From a virus (Duplodnaviria; Caudoviricetes), in the IMG/VR virus record IMGVR_UViG_3300029976_000159, positions 1 to 64,000 of that record: a stretch of 64,000 nucleotides of DNA; one strand, written 5' to 3'. The notes beneath the pieces were generated by a model, which ran no database searches, had not been told where the DNA came from, and saw only the letters and a list, made by a program, of their open reading frames with translations. The translations under genes were made by a program, and so were the position numbers. Shown in pieces: positions 22,401 through 36,557 of the stretch (positions are counted from its first letter, which is position 1; each line of letters begins with the position of its first letter).

Positions 22401-25400
22401 TCAATACTTATAATGATTAGAGAAAAGCCGGAGAAGATGTTGCTGATTCATTAACTGCTTTAACTGAAAAATTAACTGATGTACGAGAAAATTATAAAGC
22501 TTTGAATGTAGACGAAAAAACCATAGATATGCTTGAATAGGCAGAAGCTATTGGTATAGCCACGAGTAATTGGGAGCAATACAATAAAGTCGTTGCTCAA
22601 GCGGACGAAGAAGCTAAAAATGCGCAACGTGAGTAGGCTTCTACAACTGCTGACGCAGCTACAAATGCTGCTAAGGCGGCAATGGCTGAAGGCTAGGGTT
22701 ATGTTAAAGGTGATACGGTATCCCGCCACGTGGGGTCAGTTGGTATTGATACAAGAGCCGTCCCTATTTTACAAAAATATTCTGACATTTTTAAGGATAT
22801 TAGTGATGATGATGCTAATCTTGTTATTGATTTTTCTAATTCTAATACTTTCATCGAATAGTATAAATAGCTATAGAAAGCAAAAGAAGAGTTTGAGGCG
22901 GCAGGATTAACCAGTCATGGTACTTATAAAGAAATTAAAGAAGAATTTGAAGCTATGTCTGAATATGCTCAAGAAATAAATGAAAATTTAAGTGAAGCTA
23001 ACAATTACAAAATAGAATAGATATTACAAGATGCTGACATTATGCCTGAACAAATTACTACTATGGGCGAATACGAAGAAGCTTTAAACGAAATTGTTAA
23101 TAAATATAAGGGCATATTTAGTTCGGAAAAAGAAGCATATGAAGCTGGCAAGGCTTATTTGAGCTTATATAATACCGAAGGTACTGGAGTTATTAATTTC
23201 TTAGAACAGTTTACTAATAAAATGAACACAGCTCTCAAAGTTGATAACTAGGGTATTCTTGCTTAGAAATACAATTTTTCACTCAGTAACGGATTGTATT
23301 CGAAGGAGACCAGAGATGAAATAGCTGAAATGCAGAAATATCTTGGTTCTTTATCTTCCGAGCAAAGAACTGTGGCGATGTCCGTAGATTTAAATTATAT
23401 TGATTCGGTTGAAGAATTAAAAACGGTTTTAGAAGAAAAAGAGGATTTTGAGGCAAAGGTAAAGCTAAAAGCTGACCCGCAATCAATAATGTCAGCTGCT
23501 TCTGAAACTAGAGATAATCTTCAGTAGTCAATGGAAGTTTTTGCGGAATAGGGATACATGACTACTTCTTAGGTTATGGAGCTTTTGGATGAACATCCAG
23601 AATACGCAAGTTCTTTAACTAAAATTGGCGATAATTATGCTTTTACTCAAGAACAAATAGACAAATATAATGATGCACTTGCAGATGAAAAGAAAGCTTT
23701 AGACGAAATGATTAATCCTACTAATGTTGGTGCTGAAGCTTTAAAAAATTTCGGAGATGAATTAATTCAACTAAAGCAGAGCAGTGATAATGCAGTGTTT
23801 AAAGGCTTTGTAGCAAGTTTGCAAGAGTTAAATGAGAATTTTATTTTAGGCGAAGTAACTCAAGATGAATTTTTTACTAAATTGCAAGAAAATTTACAAG
23901 AATTAGATACTTCAAGTTTTGACTTACTTGATTTACAAGCGTTTACAAATGAGCTAATGCCGCAAATGTACGCTGCTCTTAGTAATTATTTTAATGCTGT
24001 AGATTAGAATTTCGAAAATGGACGTATTGGTATTGGAGAATACGTAGATGAATTAGAAAAAATGGGGCAAGCGTACATAGACGCCGCAGAAACCACTTTA
24101 AAAGCAACGACGGTTAATTTTTCAGATATAAATAAAAACTAGGTTACTAAGGACAAGACCCTGGACGAGGTACTACAAGCAGATGCTGAAAAGTTTGAGG
24201 AATATAACAAAGCTATGGACGGAATCCCCGGAGGTATGAAACGCGTAACCGAAGCAGTTGAAGAGGCTAAAGACGCATTAAGTGATTTATCTGTGTTTGA
24301 ACCGATAATAAAGACTATTTCAGGTCTGTATGATGAATTGTCGTAGATTTTTAATGATGATTATAGTTTAAAAATCGATGTTACACAATCCGAAGACGGT
24401 ATTTCTACCTTATCTAAGGCTTGGAATGAACTTCGTAAAGAAATTAATAGTTATAGTGAAGAGGAGTTAGCGACATTTCTTAAGAATACTAATGAAGCAG
24501 CCATCGCAAATGACAATGCCATGGCTAATTGGAATGCTTTATCAGTCGAAGCACAAAATATACTGACAGATGTATTCGGCAATACTGAGGAAGCAAAAAG
24601 TTCGATACGGCAAGCCACGGCTGACGCTGTAAACTTTGGAGTTCAGGGACTGGAAGTCACTGGTGAAAATGCGGCGGGTGCTACTGATGCATTGGTAAGT
24701 GTGGCGCAAGCCGGTCAAGACAGTATTCATTCAATGGGTGATGCTATTGGTAAAATAGGTCAAGGTTCTGCCGACATTATTGATGGTATTGCTGACCTTA
24801 TTGGTAATTTTAGCGCTCAGATTACAGTAGAGCCTGATATAGATTGGGGTAGTTTTGCTAGAGGTTTAGCGCAAGCGGTACTTGATGCTACTATGGGTAA
24901 CTTTACTGACCCGCGATTAAACTTTGTAATTACTGGAAATTCAAATGGCGGTACAACAGATGCTTTAAGTAAGATAAGAAATGGTGCTAGTACTATATCT
25001 ACAGCTGCTTAGGCTATTGGAAATTATATTGATTCTGGTAAATCAGGTTCGGGTTTCTCAGCTTATAAACCGGCGAATTTAAACCCAGGTTCATCAAGTA
25101 GCATTAATACTGACTCAGAGCCAAGTTCTACATCGTCTAAAAATAAAAGCTCAGGAGATAATAGCGGAGATAAAGATAAAAGCGATACTTATAAATCACC
25201 TTAGAAAACAGCTTTAGTAGAAGCCAATATTGAAGATTTAGATAAAGAAGTTGAATTATTTACTGATGTAGATAATGCGTTAGATAAAATTTCAAAAAAA
25301 CTCGATACAATTTCAAAGAAAAAAGATAAAGCTTGGGGTAAGGCTCGAATTGCTGTCATAGAAGAAGAAAATAAAGCTTTACTTAAACAGAATGAGGCTT

Positions 25401-28366
25401 TACAATGGGAAGCTGACGATGCTCAAAAATATATGGACTGGTATTTTGCTGATATAGCTAATGCGGGTTTTGTTTTAAATATAGATTCAAATGGAGCTGT
25501 ATTAAACGAGGAAGATTTTGATAGGCAATATCAAACTTGGATAAACAATGTAGAGCAAACATACGCAGATAGTATGAATGCGCTTTCAGCTAATTATGAC
25601 GCGCAAATTAACGCGTTAGACGGTGATAATTCACCAGAAAAAGATGCCATTAAAGAAGCTTACGAAAATAATAAAAAAGCATTAGAAGACCAAAAGGAAG
25701 ATCAAGAAGAATATTATCAATCCCTTAAAGATAAACTTGCAGATTATAAAGATGCGTCAGATAGATATTATGACGCTGTAGAACAACAAGAGGAAAATTT
25801 ATATACAATAAGAGGAAATAATTTAGATAAGATAAAAACAAAGATGGAAGAAGTTATTTAGTTAAATGAAAATGAAATGAAAATAACTGAATTGTATCAA
25901 GCTTTATTGACTGACAGTTATGCAGATTCAGTTCAATCGTTTGCGCTTTTGACTGATAATTTTAATAATCAAATGAATAAGGGTCAAGCTGCTATAGATG
26001 CTTGGAGAAGTTTCCAAGAAGAAGTAGGGACAGAAGCATGGAGTGAACAAGAAAAAGAAGAGGCTCAAAGTATATTTGATTCTATGGTCGAAGCAGTTCC
26101 CAATGTTATAGACGCTATTGAAGAAATTCATGACTCGTTTGGTTCAACACTAGAGGATGTATAGAAAAAAGTGGATAATTTAATGGGTGGATTTGATTAT
26201 CTCAGCAAGATTTCCACTAGCATATCTAACCTATGGGAAATGGGCGGAGAAATGTATGATAGCAAAAAATTGCGCAACTTTGCCGATGCACAGGCTTAGA
26301 TTGCAAAAGCGCAATACGAATCATCTTGGAATACTTATGAAACTGCCCTTAAGGATTATCAAGGATATAACAAAGCTTATAATGATTTACTTGCTACAGA
26401 CGCGGAGGCGGCAGCCGCGTTTAAAGAAGATACTCTTGATAAGGCGAAAGAGAATCTAGAGAGTTTACACGAGACCGCGCTTAGTAACGCAGAAGCCTAC
26501 GGCGAATAGTTACAAGAAATATTAGAAACAAATATTGAGATTGCTAGTCGAGAAATGAATGAAGCCATTTACTCTGTTGGAGATTAGTACGACTAGGATG
26601 ATTTTAATAATTATATAGATTATATACAAACTCGGCAAGAAGACTATTTAACCTCAGTTAATCAAGAATATGAAACTTAGAAACTTATTAATCAAGCTTT
26701 GGCTGAAATAGATAAAACAGATAATCAAACCGCGAAGAATAAATTAAATTTATTTATTAAAGAAACGGAACAATTAAAAGACCATGAAAAGCTTAGTAAG
26801 TCTAAACTTCAAATCCGATAGGCTGAATATGAGTTATTGCTTGCGCAAATAGCTTTAGAAGAAGCTTAGAATAATAAATCTACAGTGCGCTTGTAGCAAG
26901 ATAGTGAAGGTAATTTTAACTATGTGTATACAGCCGACTAGAGTGAAGTAGAAGATGCGCAACAGGGTTATCTTGACAAAGAAAATGCGCTTTATAATGC
27001 TAAATTGGATGCCGCCAACGAAGCTGCTAATAAATATATTCAACAAGTTGCGGAATTTATTTAGAAAGTCCAAGAAATTTGGAATAACCAATATTATGAC
27101 AATGAGGAGAAATATGAGTTATCACAAGAGCTGATAGATCAATATCAAGAAATATTAGCTAATTCATGGGATGAATGGGGCGATTTATTAAAGATGCTCG
27201 GCTCTGATGTTTCGGACTCTTGGAGCTATTATGCTCGTAGTGAGATAGGAGATTCAGATGAGGTAGTAGATGCTGTAAGTGAGAATACAGAAACTATGAT
27301 GGAGCTTAATGAAGAGTATAAAGACACTATGCGTGATGTTGCGCAAGATTGTTCGCAGAGTTATAAAGATATTGAATATTCAGCTAGTGAATTGTAGAAC
27401 TAGATAACTGATTTAGTTAATGATGCTTCTGGAAAATTAAATGAAATGGCAGGATATACCGCAAGCTGGGAACATGAAATGGTCGAATACGCTAATAATG
27501 TTGCTACTGCTTTTGGTTCAGTTGCAGAAGCTATTGAAAATCAACGAGAAGCTATGTCAGGATTTAGTGCGGACAATGACTATATGTATGCTTATCAAAC
27601 TTCTCACTCAATTGAACAAGGTATGGCTAATTTAACCAGTAGAGAGATTAAAGAGAAAAACAATCCAGAATATGTTGATATGTGGGGTGACAACCCAACA
27701 GCATTAATGGAAGAGATAAATAATAAATATGGACAAATGTTAGAAACTAATACTATTGAAGGAATTTTAATGTATGCAAGTCAAAGACAAGCTAAAATTA
27801 ATTGGTTAAGTGAGCATGGTAGAGAAGATTTAGTTGAGCAATATGTAGATGATTTAAGCACTTCTTCAGCTTTAATTAATGCGGCTATGTTTAACTCAAA
27901 CATTAGTGATTATGAGAGAACTCGCTTAATGGAGGCTATAGATGCCGCAGGAATTACTTCTGGCTCTGGACGAAACATAATGGATTCTGATTTAAATTAT
28001 ATTCGTGAATATTTGGGATTAGCGACATATGATACAGGCGGATTTACTGGTGCGTTCGGCGATGGCGGTAAATTAGCGATTTTACACGAAAAAGAATTGG
28101 TGTTAAACCAAGAGGACACAAGTAATTTATTGCGCACAATGGAAAGCTTAAATAGTTTAATTAATAATATTTAGACTTAGAATTTAGGCTCATACATACT
28201 TCAGGGCGTGACAGCCGCTGGCGTATCAGGGATCGCGCAAACTCTACAGCAGAATGTGCAGATAGATGCTTCGTTCCCGAACGTGAGTGATCACAATGAA
28301 ATTGAGTTAGCTTTATCTAATTTAATTAATTCAGCTTCTCAATTTGCTAACAGGAAGAGTAGTTAA
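19442..28366 (+). CDS. Tape measure protein, about 2974 aa (code 15)
   Basis: Twelve track fragments (19988 to 27446) share one frame. TP901-type TMP core ('VGTAFKTIFARM','AGVRQYNQF'), hydrophobic segment near 22220, C-terminal 'YDTGGFTG..LAILHEKELVLN'. Confidence 0.9.
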
Positions 28367-28391
28367 TAACTACTCTTCCTGTTCTTTTTTT
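28349..28391 (+). terminator. Intrinsic terminator
   Basis: AACAGGAAGAGTAGTTA-A-TAACTACTCTTCCTGTT followed by a T-run. Confidence 0.8.
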
Positions 28392-28470
28392 AGGTCTACT
28401 ATGATTAATTTATTTAAAATATTTTTGAAAAATAAGTGAATATAAAAAGAGAAAAAGGAGGTTATTATTA

Positions 28471-31400
28471 GTGGATCAGCAAACAGCAACTAATAATTTA
28501 ACTACAGCAATCTCGATTATTGCGCAATCAGAAGTAGCTAAGGTGGCATGTGATAAAACAATAACCTGTACAGTTATAGATGATAGCGAAAAAAAGTAGG
28601 GAAAATATCGTGTATCTGACGGTTCTACGGAATTTTATGCTTATTCGGATAACACGACATACACTAATAATAACATAGTATATGTTACAATTCCCAATGG
28701 AGATTGGACACAACAAAAAACAATTAAAGGAAAACGAGTAGACGATGATAGTGAACCATACGTTTATGAAAAGCCATTCGATAATTTTTTACCTTGTAGT
28801 CCAAATATAGTAGACGTAAATGAAAAAATTGGGCTTTTAGCTAACGGTGGTTTGGCTTCTGAAGAAACTTCTATTCAGGTTTGGCATAAAAATTAGCTAA
28901 ATCGTTATTATAAAGATTTTAATAGATTGGGCGTGCGCGCTGATTTCTAGTCGCTTCTAGGCTAGGCTAATATTGCGCGAGGCGACTATGGTTTGGAGCT
29001 AGATATTGAATACCAAGTGGGCTAGAAAGAGTCTATCCCAACGGACGAAGCTGAGCTAGATAAGAGTAATGGTTTTGAAGAGAATGCGTTTTATACGACA
29101 AAAGCCGCCATCTCTAACAGCCTCTTGGAAGGTGATAGAGCTAAGATAACTCAAAGTGATTATCCAAAATCGGTTTATTACAAAGTGCCTTTTGAAATAG
29201 ACTCTAACGAGTATCTAACCGAAGATAGGTGGTATTACAACTATAATAATGGTAATTATACTAAAATTAATAAAATGATTTCTTATCTTGATTCTTCTTT
29301 GTCTGTTGGAGATAAAGCTTTAACTTATGAAGATAGAGGAAAAACTATTGGTGAGTATACTATTTATAAACCAGATACTTTTTATTATATTCCGGAAAAA
29401 TATTAGGGTGAAAATAATTCTATTATAACTGTTCAAGCCACAAGTAACGGTTTTGATGAAAATAAGACTTATTATAGCTTAAATTTAATTCAGTTGGATG
29501 TAACTGAAAAAAACTATGCTGATTTAGTTGCTTCTGGAAAAGTTGGAACACTTAACGAAGATGATAATGATTTGGTTCAAGAAACCGCTATAGCTAGCTA
29601 TGAAGCAGCAATGACTGCTTTAGGAAATAAAGAATTATATGAATGGACAGGAGAATATGAAAAAGTTCCCGAAAATAATAAAATAACTTCCAATAACTAT
29701 TCAAAGTATTTAGGATATTTATATGATGAAAATCATAATTTAATTACAGATAATGGTTTTAATGAAACATATGATTATTATTATGAAACTTATGTTCCAG
29801 TGGATGTATCTTCTGAAGATAGTGGAAACAAGATAGTTTATTATAAAACCAATAATGGATGGAAATCAGTGACCTCCACGTCTTATAGCGCAAACACCCA
29901 GTATTATCAAAAAATTTATAAATATATTGTTTTATCTAAAGAGAATTATAAATCTAATAAATTCTTTTATTTAACTTAGAATAAAACAGATGGTAACGAT
30001 GATGAATATTTATGTGATGAGACAGAGTGCTTATATAACACAACTGTTAAATATTCTGGTGACATTAAAAGAGCTACTGATAACGGCTTCGTTTAGGGAA
30101 AAACATATTATTAGAAAACATTCACAAAACTAGATTCAGACGATGACAAGAAGAAAGCTTATCAAGAGCAGAGATTATATTATTAGAATAATTCATATTA
30201 TATATTAGCCAATTATTCCGGTTTTGATTCTGGCAAAGTTTATTATGATTATAAAGCTTTTGAACAAACTCGCTTTGCCAAAGTTAGTGTAACAGCCGAT
30301 AGCTATATACCTAACAAATATTACTCTACAGAAAACGCTATATTAACTTAGAATACAAAATTATACCTCAATACAAAAGATATGATAGGTTAGGTATATG
30401 GATTTGCGGCTGCACAAAGCCAAGAAGCAGTATTTGATATATCTGGAATAGAAAACATTTGTGCTATTAACTTATCTTTCTACGAAGATAATCAATTTTA
30501 TGATATTAATGGTAATTATTTAACTTATAAGGAAAAAGTTTATGATAATTTATTTGTTAATAATATAGAGATTTATTTTGGTTATGATTTATCTTCCTTG
30601 ACCGAAGAAAATAATAACTATGTTCAACTTTTTACATACGATTCTGCAACTTATAAGGCGGCTAAGAACGGATTAGAAAATCAAAAAACTATTTATTTAA
30701 AATGGGTACGTAGAGAAGAAGATAAAAATTTTATAATAGATAAAGATAATATGTCAGCTCTTTTATTAGATTAGACCGATGAAGAGCAGACTAACCTCGA
30801 GGCGTAGTCTGGTTATCTTTCACGAGAATAGATTGATAGTGGCATTACTATGCGCTTAGACGATTCTTCCAATGCGGTTACCGACCGGAAATATTATGAA
30901 ATGTTTCCACGTTCTCATGATCGCTTGGGACACACTAATTTATTAGAAACTACTTATTTATATAAAAGAACCTTTTCTTTAAATGGGGCTGAAGAATATA
31001 CTCCAACTCGTAAATATTATGAGAAAGTAATTATTAGTAAGAGCATGTTATCTGAGGATAATGATGTGATAATCGAAGCATATGACAGTCTCTCTTATAC
31101 TAAGGTAGACGCGTCTAAAACGCTGGATCCGCACACTACCTATTACACAGAACTTAATGGTTATTACATAGAAAAAGGTACGGGTGCAACTATAGCTTTA
31201 AATGAAGGAAATCTTTGGGAGCAAACTTATAATATAATTAAAGATACAGAATCAGAAAATGTAATTGCTTATAAGGTGTACAGACCAATAGCAAATGAAA
31301 AAGTAGATACGGCGCAATTGTATTATTTATATTATGAAACTTATAAAGTTGTAAAAGACGAATTAGACGATTATTCAGATTGTTATTTTTTACAATATAA

Positions 31401-34400
31401 CAATCTTGAAGAAGGAGAAGATTACAAGGCATCTACCTGTTATTATTTATATGTACCATTTAAAGAGGTTGAAATTAGATGGTATAGATATGAATTAGGA
31501 GCGTCAGCCGCTGATGAATACTGTGGTGTTTACTGGACTCGTATTGATAATGACGATTCTGAAAAAAGTACCACTTATCTTATAAATGATTATACTTTAT
31601 CTTTTATGCCTGATTCAACATATAATGAAAAAGAATAGATTAAAGTAATTATTCTTTACAACGATGAAGTGTTGGTAAGTAATATTCTGGAATTTGAAAA
31701 CGAGAGTCCAGTTGCTAATGTACCAACCTTATAGCAAGAAAGCGCATTGCGAATTAGTTACGCAGATGGTAGCTTGGGTAATTATTATGTTTATGGCGAA
31801 GATAATCGTATTCTGTCAAGCGATCAATCACAAGAAAATAGAATAATGAAATTATTGTTTGATTTAAACGATTATACTTCAAGTTCTTTATTAACAAATG
31901 CGGAAAGCGTTGAGTGGATTTTCCCATTGACAGACACCATGATAAATGTAAACGCTACAGCCACCGTGGGTAGTTACAGCGAAGAAAATAGTGTTGGAAC
32001 GATAAGAAACACGGAAGCAAACGCGCAAGAATACAGTTTGATTTATACAATAGATGAATATTATAGTTATAGCAAAAATAATAATGCAATTACGTGTAAT
32101 ATTTGGAAAGATGGAATTTTATACTCTGCTACAGCTTAGTTGTCTTTTGGATAGAGCGGTAGTAACGGAACGGAATATACTCTAGAGTTAGATCTTTAGG
32201 AACCGGATGGCGTAGTTACCATAGATGGGGTTGCCTCAGCCGCAGGATTGTATTATTTAGCTTTTAAAAAGATAGATAGTAATTCTTGGGGAGCTAATGC
32301 AAATGACCTGTATGAGCAAGTAGAAGAAAACTCTTATACTATTTATAAAAAGATTTCTTATGCAGAAGCGGTAGAAAAATAGGTAGAAGGGGTAGAAGAT
32401 ATTTATGTTCTGGCTAATTACGTTTCAGTTGTGGAATATGATAAGCCCAAAGCAAGCGATTTATTAAAAACAAATTATACTTATTATATTTAGAATACTG
32501 ACGGTTCATATATCTAGGTTGATAGCGACACGCAAAAGGAATTAGACAATGAAATAAAAGAAATTAATGAGAATAATATTTCAAGTAATGAAAAAATTGA
32601 AAAGATTAATGAAATATTTGCAAAATCAGAAAAAATATATTATTATGCAAAAGAAGTTAAAGAAAGCGCTACGACCGGCACGAAAAAATATTACAGATAT
32701 GAAAATGGTGAGTATATTCTGGCTAATGTAACTAATGTTACCGGTGATAGTAAAGTAATTGCTAATTTATATGACCAGAATCATTAGGCTTTAGATATAA
32801 CTGAATATCCAATAACTTGGTCTTGGCTAACTACAAATTAGAAGTTATTTAATATTCAAGATGATAGTTATAATAGTATTATTCTCCAATAGCAAAGTGT
32901 AGATGAGCCAATAAATGAAATATGTATTCTTCAAGCTTCTTTGACTTTTGGAGATGTATAGCTGTCAGCTTATCTGCCGATTCCCCTGAGAAGCAGCTAT
33001 GTACCAGTTAAGTATCAAGGTCCAACTAGAATAATATACTCCACAACGGGAACGCCCAATTATTATAAAAACGCTATTAAGTTATTTTATAATGACGAAA
33101 CCGGAGCATTGGTTGAATATCCATTAGCTTTAGGTACACAAAATGATTCAAATAAGTTTTCGATATACAGCAAAGAAAATGAAAAATATTTACCGAGTAT
33201 TGAAGAAAACACGAATGACTTAGAATAGACTTTAAAACCAAAAAGTTTATACATTGACGGTATTAACCCTTTTGCTATCTAGTATAAAGATGGAAGCGGT
33301 CAAGTTGTTTGGACTTAGCCTATTCTTTATTTGCAGAACAGATATTTTTCGTCTACCTTAAATTAGTGGGATGGAAAACTATCAGTTGATAATGATAAAG
33401 ATACTATATTGGCTAAATCAATTGCCGCTGGTAAGAAAAATTCTGATAATACTTTTTCGGGAGTTATTATAGGCGATTGGACAGGCAATACAAATGCTAA
33501 CGACCCCTAGGAAGAAGACATGGATACAATTCATACTGCTCTTGGAATTTATGGTATTAACAAGGGTGCTACAAGTTTTGGATTTACTGAGAATGGTACT
33601 GGGTTTATTGGTAAAAGCGGCAATGGTAGAATTTTATTCGATGGTGATAAGAGTGTTATTACTTCTGGAAATTGGTATAATAATCGTTAGGGATTATATC
33701 TTGATATAGATGATGGTTTCCTATTGGCGCAAAAAACTGGTACAATAGGTGATAAGAATACAGAAAGTGTTTAGTATATTAAAATAAACGCTAAAGCCAC
33801 TTAGGACAAATATATCGGTGACAATGTTACCACATAGAACTTTGAAGGTCAATTTAAATCACCAGTGGCTATTCCCAAACCAGGAGATAATAAGGATTCA
33901 GATTATCCTTTTGTTATTCGTGGTGATGAGAACAACTATATTAAGATGGGTTGGAAAGGTGATTTAATATTACATGGTACTCATTCTGGTACAGAGTTGA
34001 ATAGTAAAGCAAGTGAAAATACATCATCAGAAAAAGTTTCTTATATATAGGTTACTAGTTTAAAGACATTTACAAAAGCTAGCGATTATGATTGGTATAC
34101 ATATAATAGTACTGATAAAGAGTATCAATCATGTGAAGCCCCAGAAGGTATTGCAAGTGATAATTATACTAGTTCCAATTATACAAAATATTATATTAAA
34201 GAAACGACAGAAGATGATACAAATGTGTATGGTATATCATTATCGGCTTCAGCTAAAACATATCCGTTAAATATTTCTGACCATTTTGCTACTATGTGGG
34301 ATGGTTCATTAATTATTAGCGCTAATGAAATCAGTCAGACCTATGGTGCTACAGATAGTACAAGAAAGTATTAGAATGTTTATGGCAGAGGTATTACTAA

Positions 34401-36393
34401 ATAGACTATAGATACGAGTATCGTCACATGGGAAGATTTGGCTGGTTTGTCAATTGCAGATAATGATACGGTTAATGGTGGTGATATCTTTACCACGGTT
34501 GATAATAAGCGTAGATATAATTATACTGCGCGAATGAACCATTTAGATACGAAACCATTACACTATTCGGATGACAACTCGATTGCATATGGTGATTATA
34601 CGAATATGAGCAAAAAAAACTGGTCAACAAAGACTAAAAATAGTTATGATTATTCTGAATTGAGCGGGAGCTTCGAGGGATTTTATGCCACTCCTTATGG
34701 AGATTTATATTTATCTAAAAAATTGGTTATAGGCAATAATTTTTCAGCTACAAGAGATGGGTATTTAAGAGCTAAAGATGCTTTGTTTGAAGAATGTAAT
34801 GCTGATAGTTTTAATATAGTATATACAGACAGTATGGATGCTAACGGTAACTCTAATAGTCTGTATAATGGCTTAACTAAAAAGTAGTATTTGTCTTTAG
34901 TATATGGAAATCCTTATTATACCCCAGTTGCTGGTAATATTGGTATATTAACTGGGTATACTGGAGAAACTAACTCTTCTAAAACCTTAAATTTAGGTAT
35001 TGAAAGCTATACTGATTTTGGTATTAAATTAATATCTAATACCAATATCAGTGTTGAAGCTAGGCGGGACAGCTTAGAGGGTGGGGTTGATAAAACAGAC
35101 CTCAGGGGGTTGTTTTCTTTAACTGGTAAGAAGAACGCAAGTAATGTTGGCGGTATTTATATTAAAGGTAGAAAATTAGAAGCAACAACATCATAGAATA
35201 TTAATTTAATAACTTAGTATAATAATAACTATTTAGAAGATTATTATTAGGAACCCTCGGACGAAAGCGACACCGAATATAGTGGAGAAACACCAGACCT
35301 TAATAATGCTAATACTAATTTTTTAAATATAATTGAAAATTTAAATATTAAGTTGTAGTCGGATAATCATATTTAGATGTCTGGTATTAATTTTAGGTAT
35401 GAAGCTGGTGTTAGCAGTGAGCGGAATGAAGGTTACAAAGGCTATTCTATAGGCAGTGATATGATGGGATTGATATTGAATAGTAAAGTTTTATCGGAGT
35501 TTACACAATCTTATTTCACGATGAAAGGCGAAGATAGTTACGGCTTATGGGATCAGACCAGAGGCATTCCCACTTAGATATTTTCTACTCCTGGCTTTAT
35601 CGGATTAAGAGCAGGAAATGTAAAAATTAACCTAAGAGGCTACACAGCATTAGTAGAGACTAATTATCCATACGATAATGGTATAGATTAGAATGCCATT
35701 GAAAGTTGTTCTCACTCATTAAGTTATAATAGCGCTAACCTGTCTTTTGGTATAGCTGAAAACACTTTTATTCAACTGTTTTAGGACGATTCTCCTGAAG
35801 GTTCTACAAATATTACTACATATGGCTTATATAACACAATTAAATTATCAGCTGAAAGAATTTTACAACAAGTTGAGCATTCGAACGGTGTTATTAATTT
35901 AGGTGTGTTTAGACCAAGTGGTGATGGGGAAAATCTGTCCCTTTCACAACGATGCCGCGGTTATATGAGAATTATGAATAGTTTAAATAAATTTTGGAAT
36001 GGCTCTGAGACAATAGTGCAATAGGGCAATGAAAATTACTTAAAACTACATGGTGACAAGTCAGCTACTTCAACAGAAGCAGTCACTCCCAGTGGTATAG
36101 AATTAGTTTCAAATGGCAACAGCTATATTAAAATGAATTAGTATGATTATACTCCGATAACCGGATCTTCGAGTTCTAGTAAGAAGCAAACTTTAAAATT
36201 ATATCATTCTCAGTATGTACAAGTACAAAGTGGCTCAGAACTTAGTCTTATTGCTTCAGACTTATTAAGTAAAGCAACTAACTTAACCACCTATGGAACA
36301 ACTTATACGATTAACGGTACAGGGAATGCCACATTAACTGTTAATAATATATCACCGGAAAATCAACATGGAATTTACGCACGATTTGCGTAA
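28471..36393 (+). CDS. Giant tail-tip/baseplate-associated protein, about 2640 aa (code 15)
   Basis: GTG start with AAGGAGG RBS; fragments 29125 to 35377 share a frame; ends 'PENQHGIYARFA'; Tyr-rich; follows the TMP. Confidence 0.7.
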
Positions 36394-36416
36394 CGGAGAG
36401 AAAGGAGATTACAATA

Positions 36417-36557
36417 ATGGAAACTTTAAAACAAATTTACGATTTAATAACAACAATAAGCGTCAAGGGTGACGATACAATAAAAATGGCAAATATAATT
36501 CTTTTAATTCGTCAAGAGTTATCTAAGGCGCAGCTTCAGGAGGAACAAGATGGCTAA
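36417..36557 (+). CDS. Small hypothetical protein (46 aa), possible tail-fibre chaperone
   Basis: AAGGAG RBS; METLKQIYDLITTISVKGDD...; overlaps the next start. Confidence 0.55.
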   Translation: METLKQIYDLITTISVKGDDTIKMANIILLIRQELSKAQLQEEQDG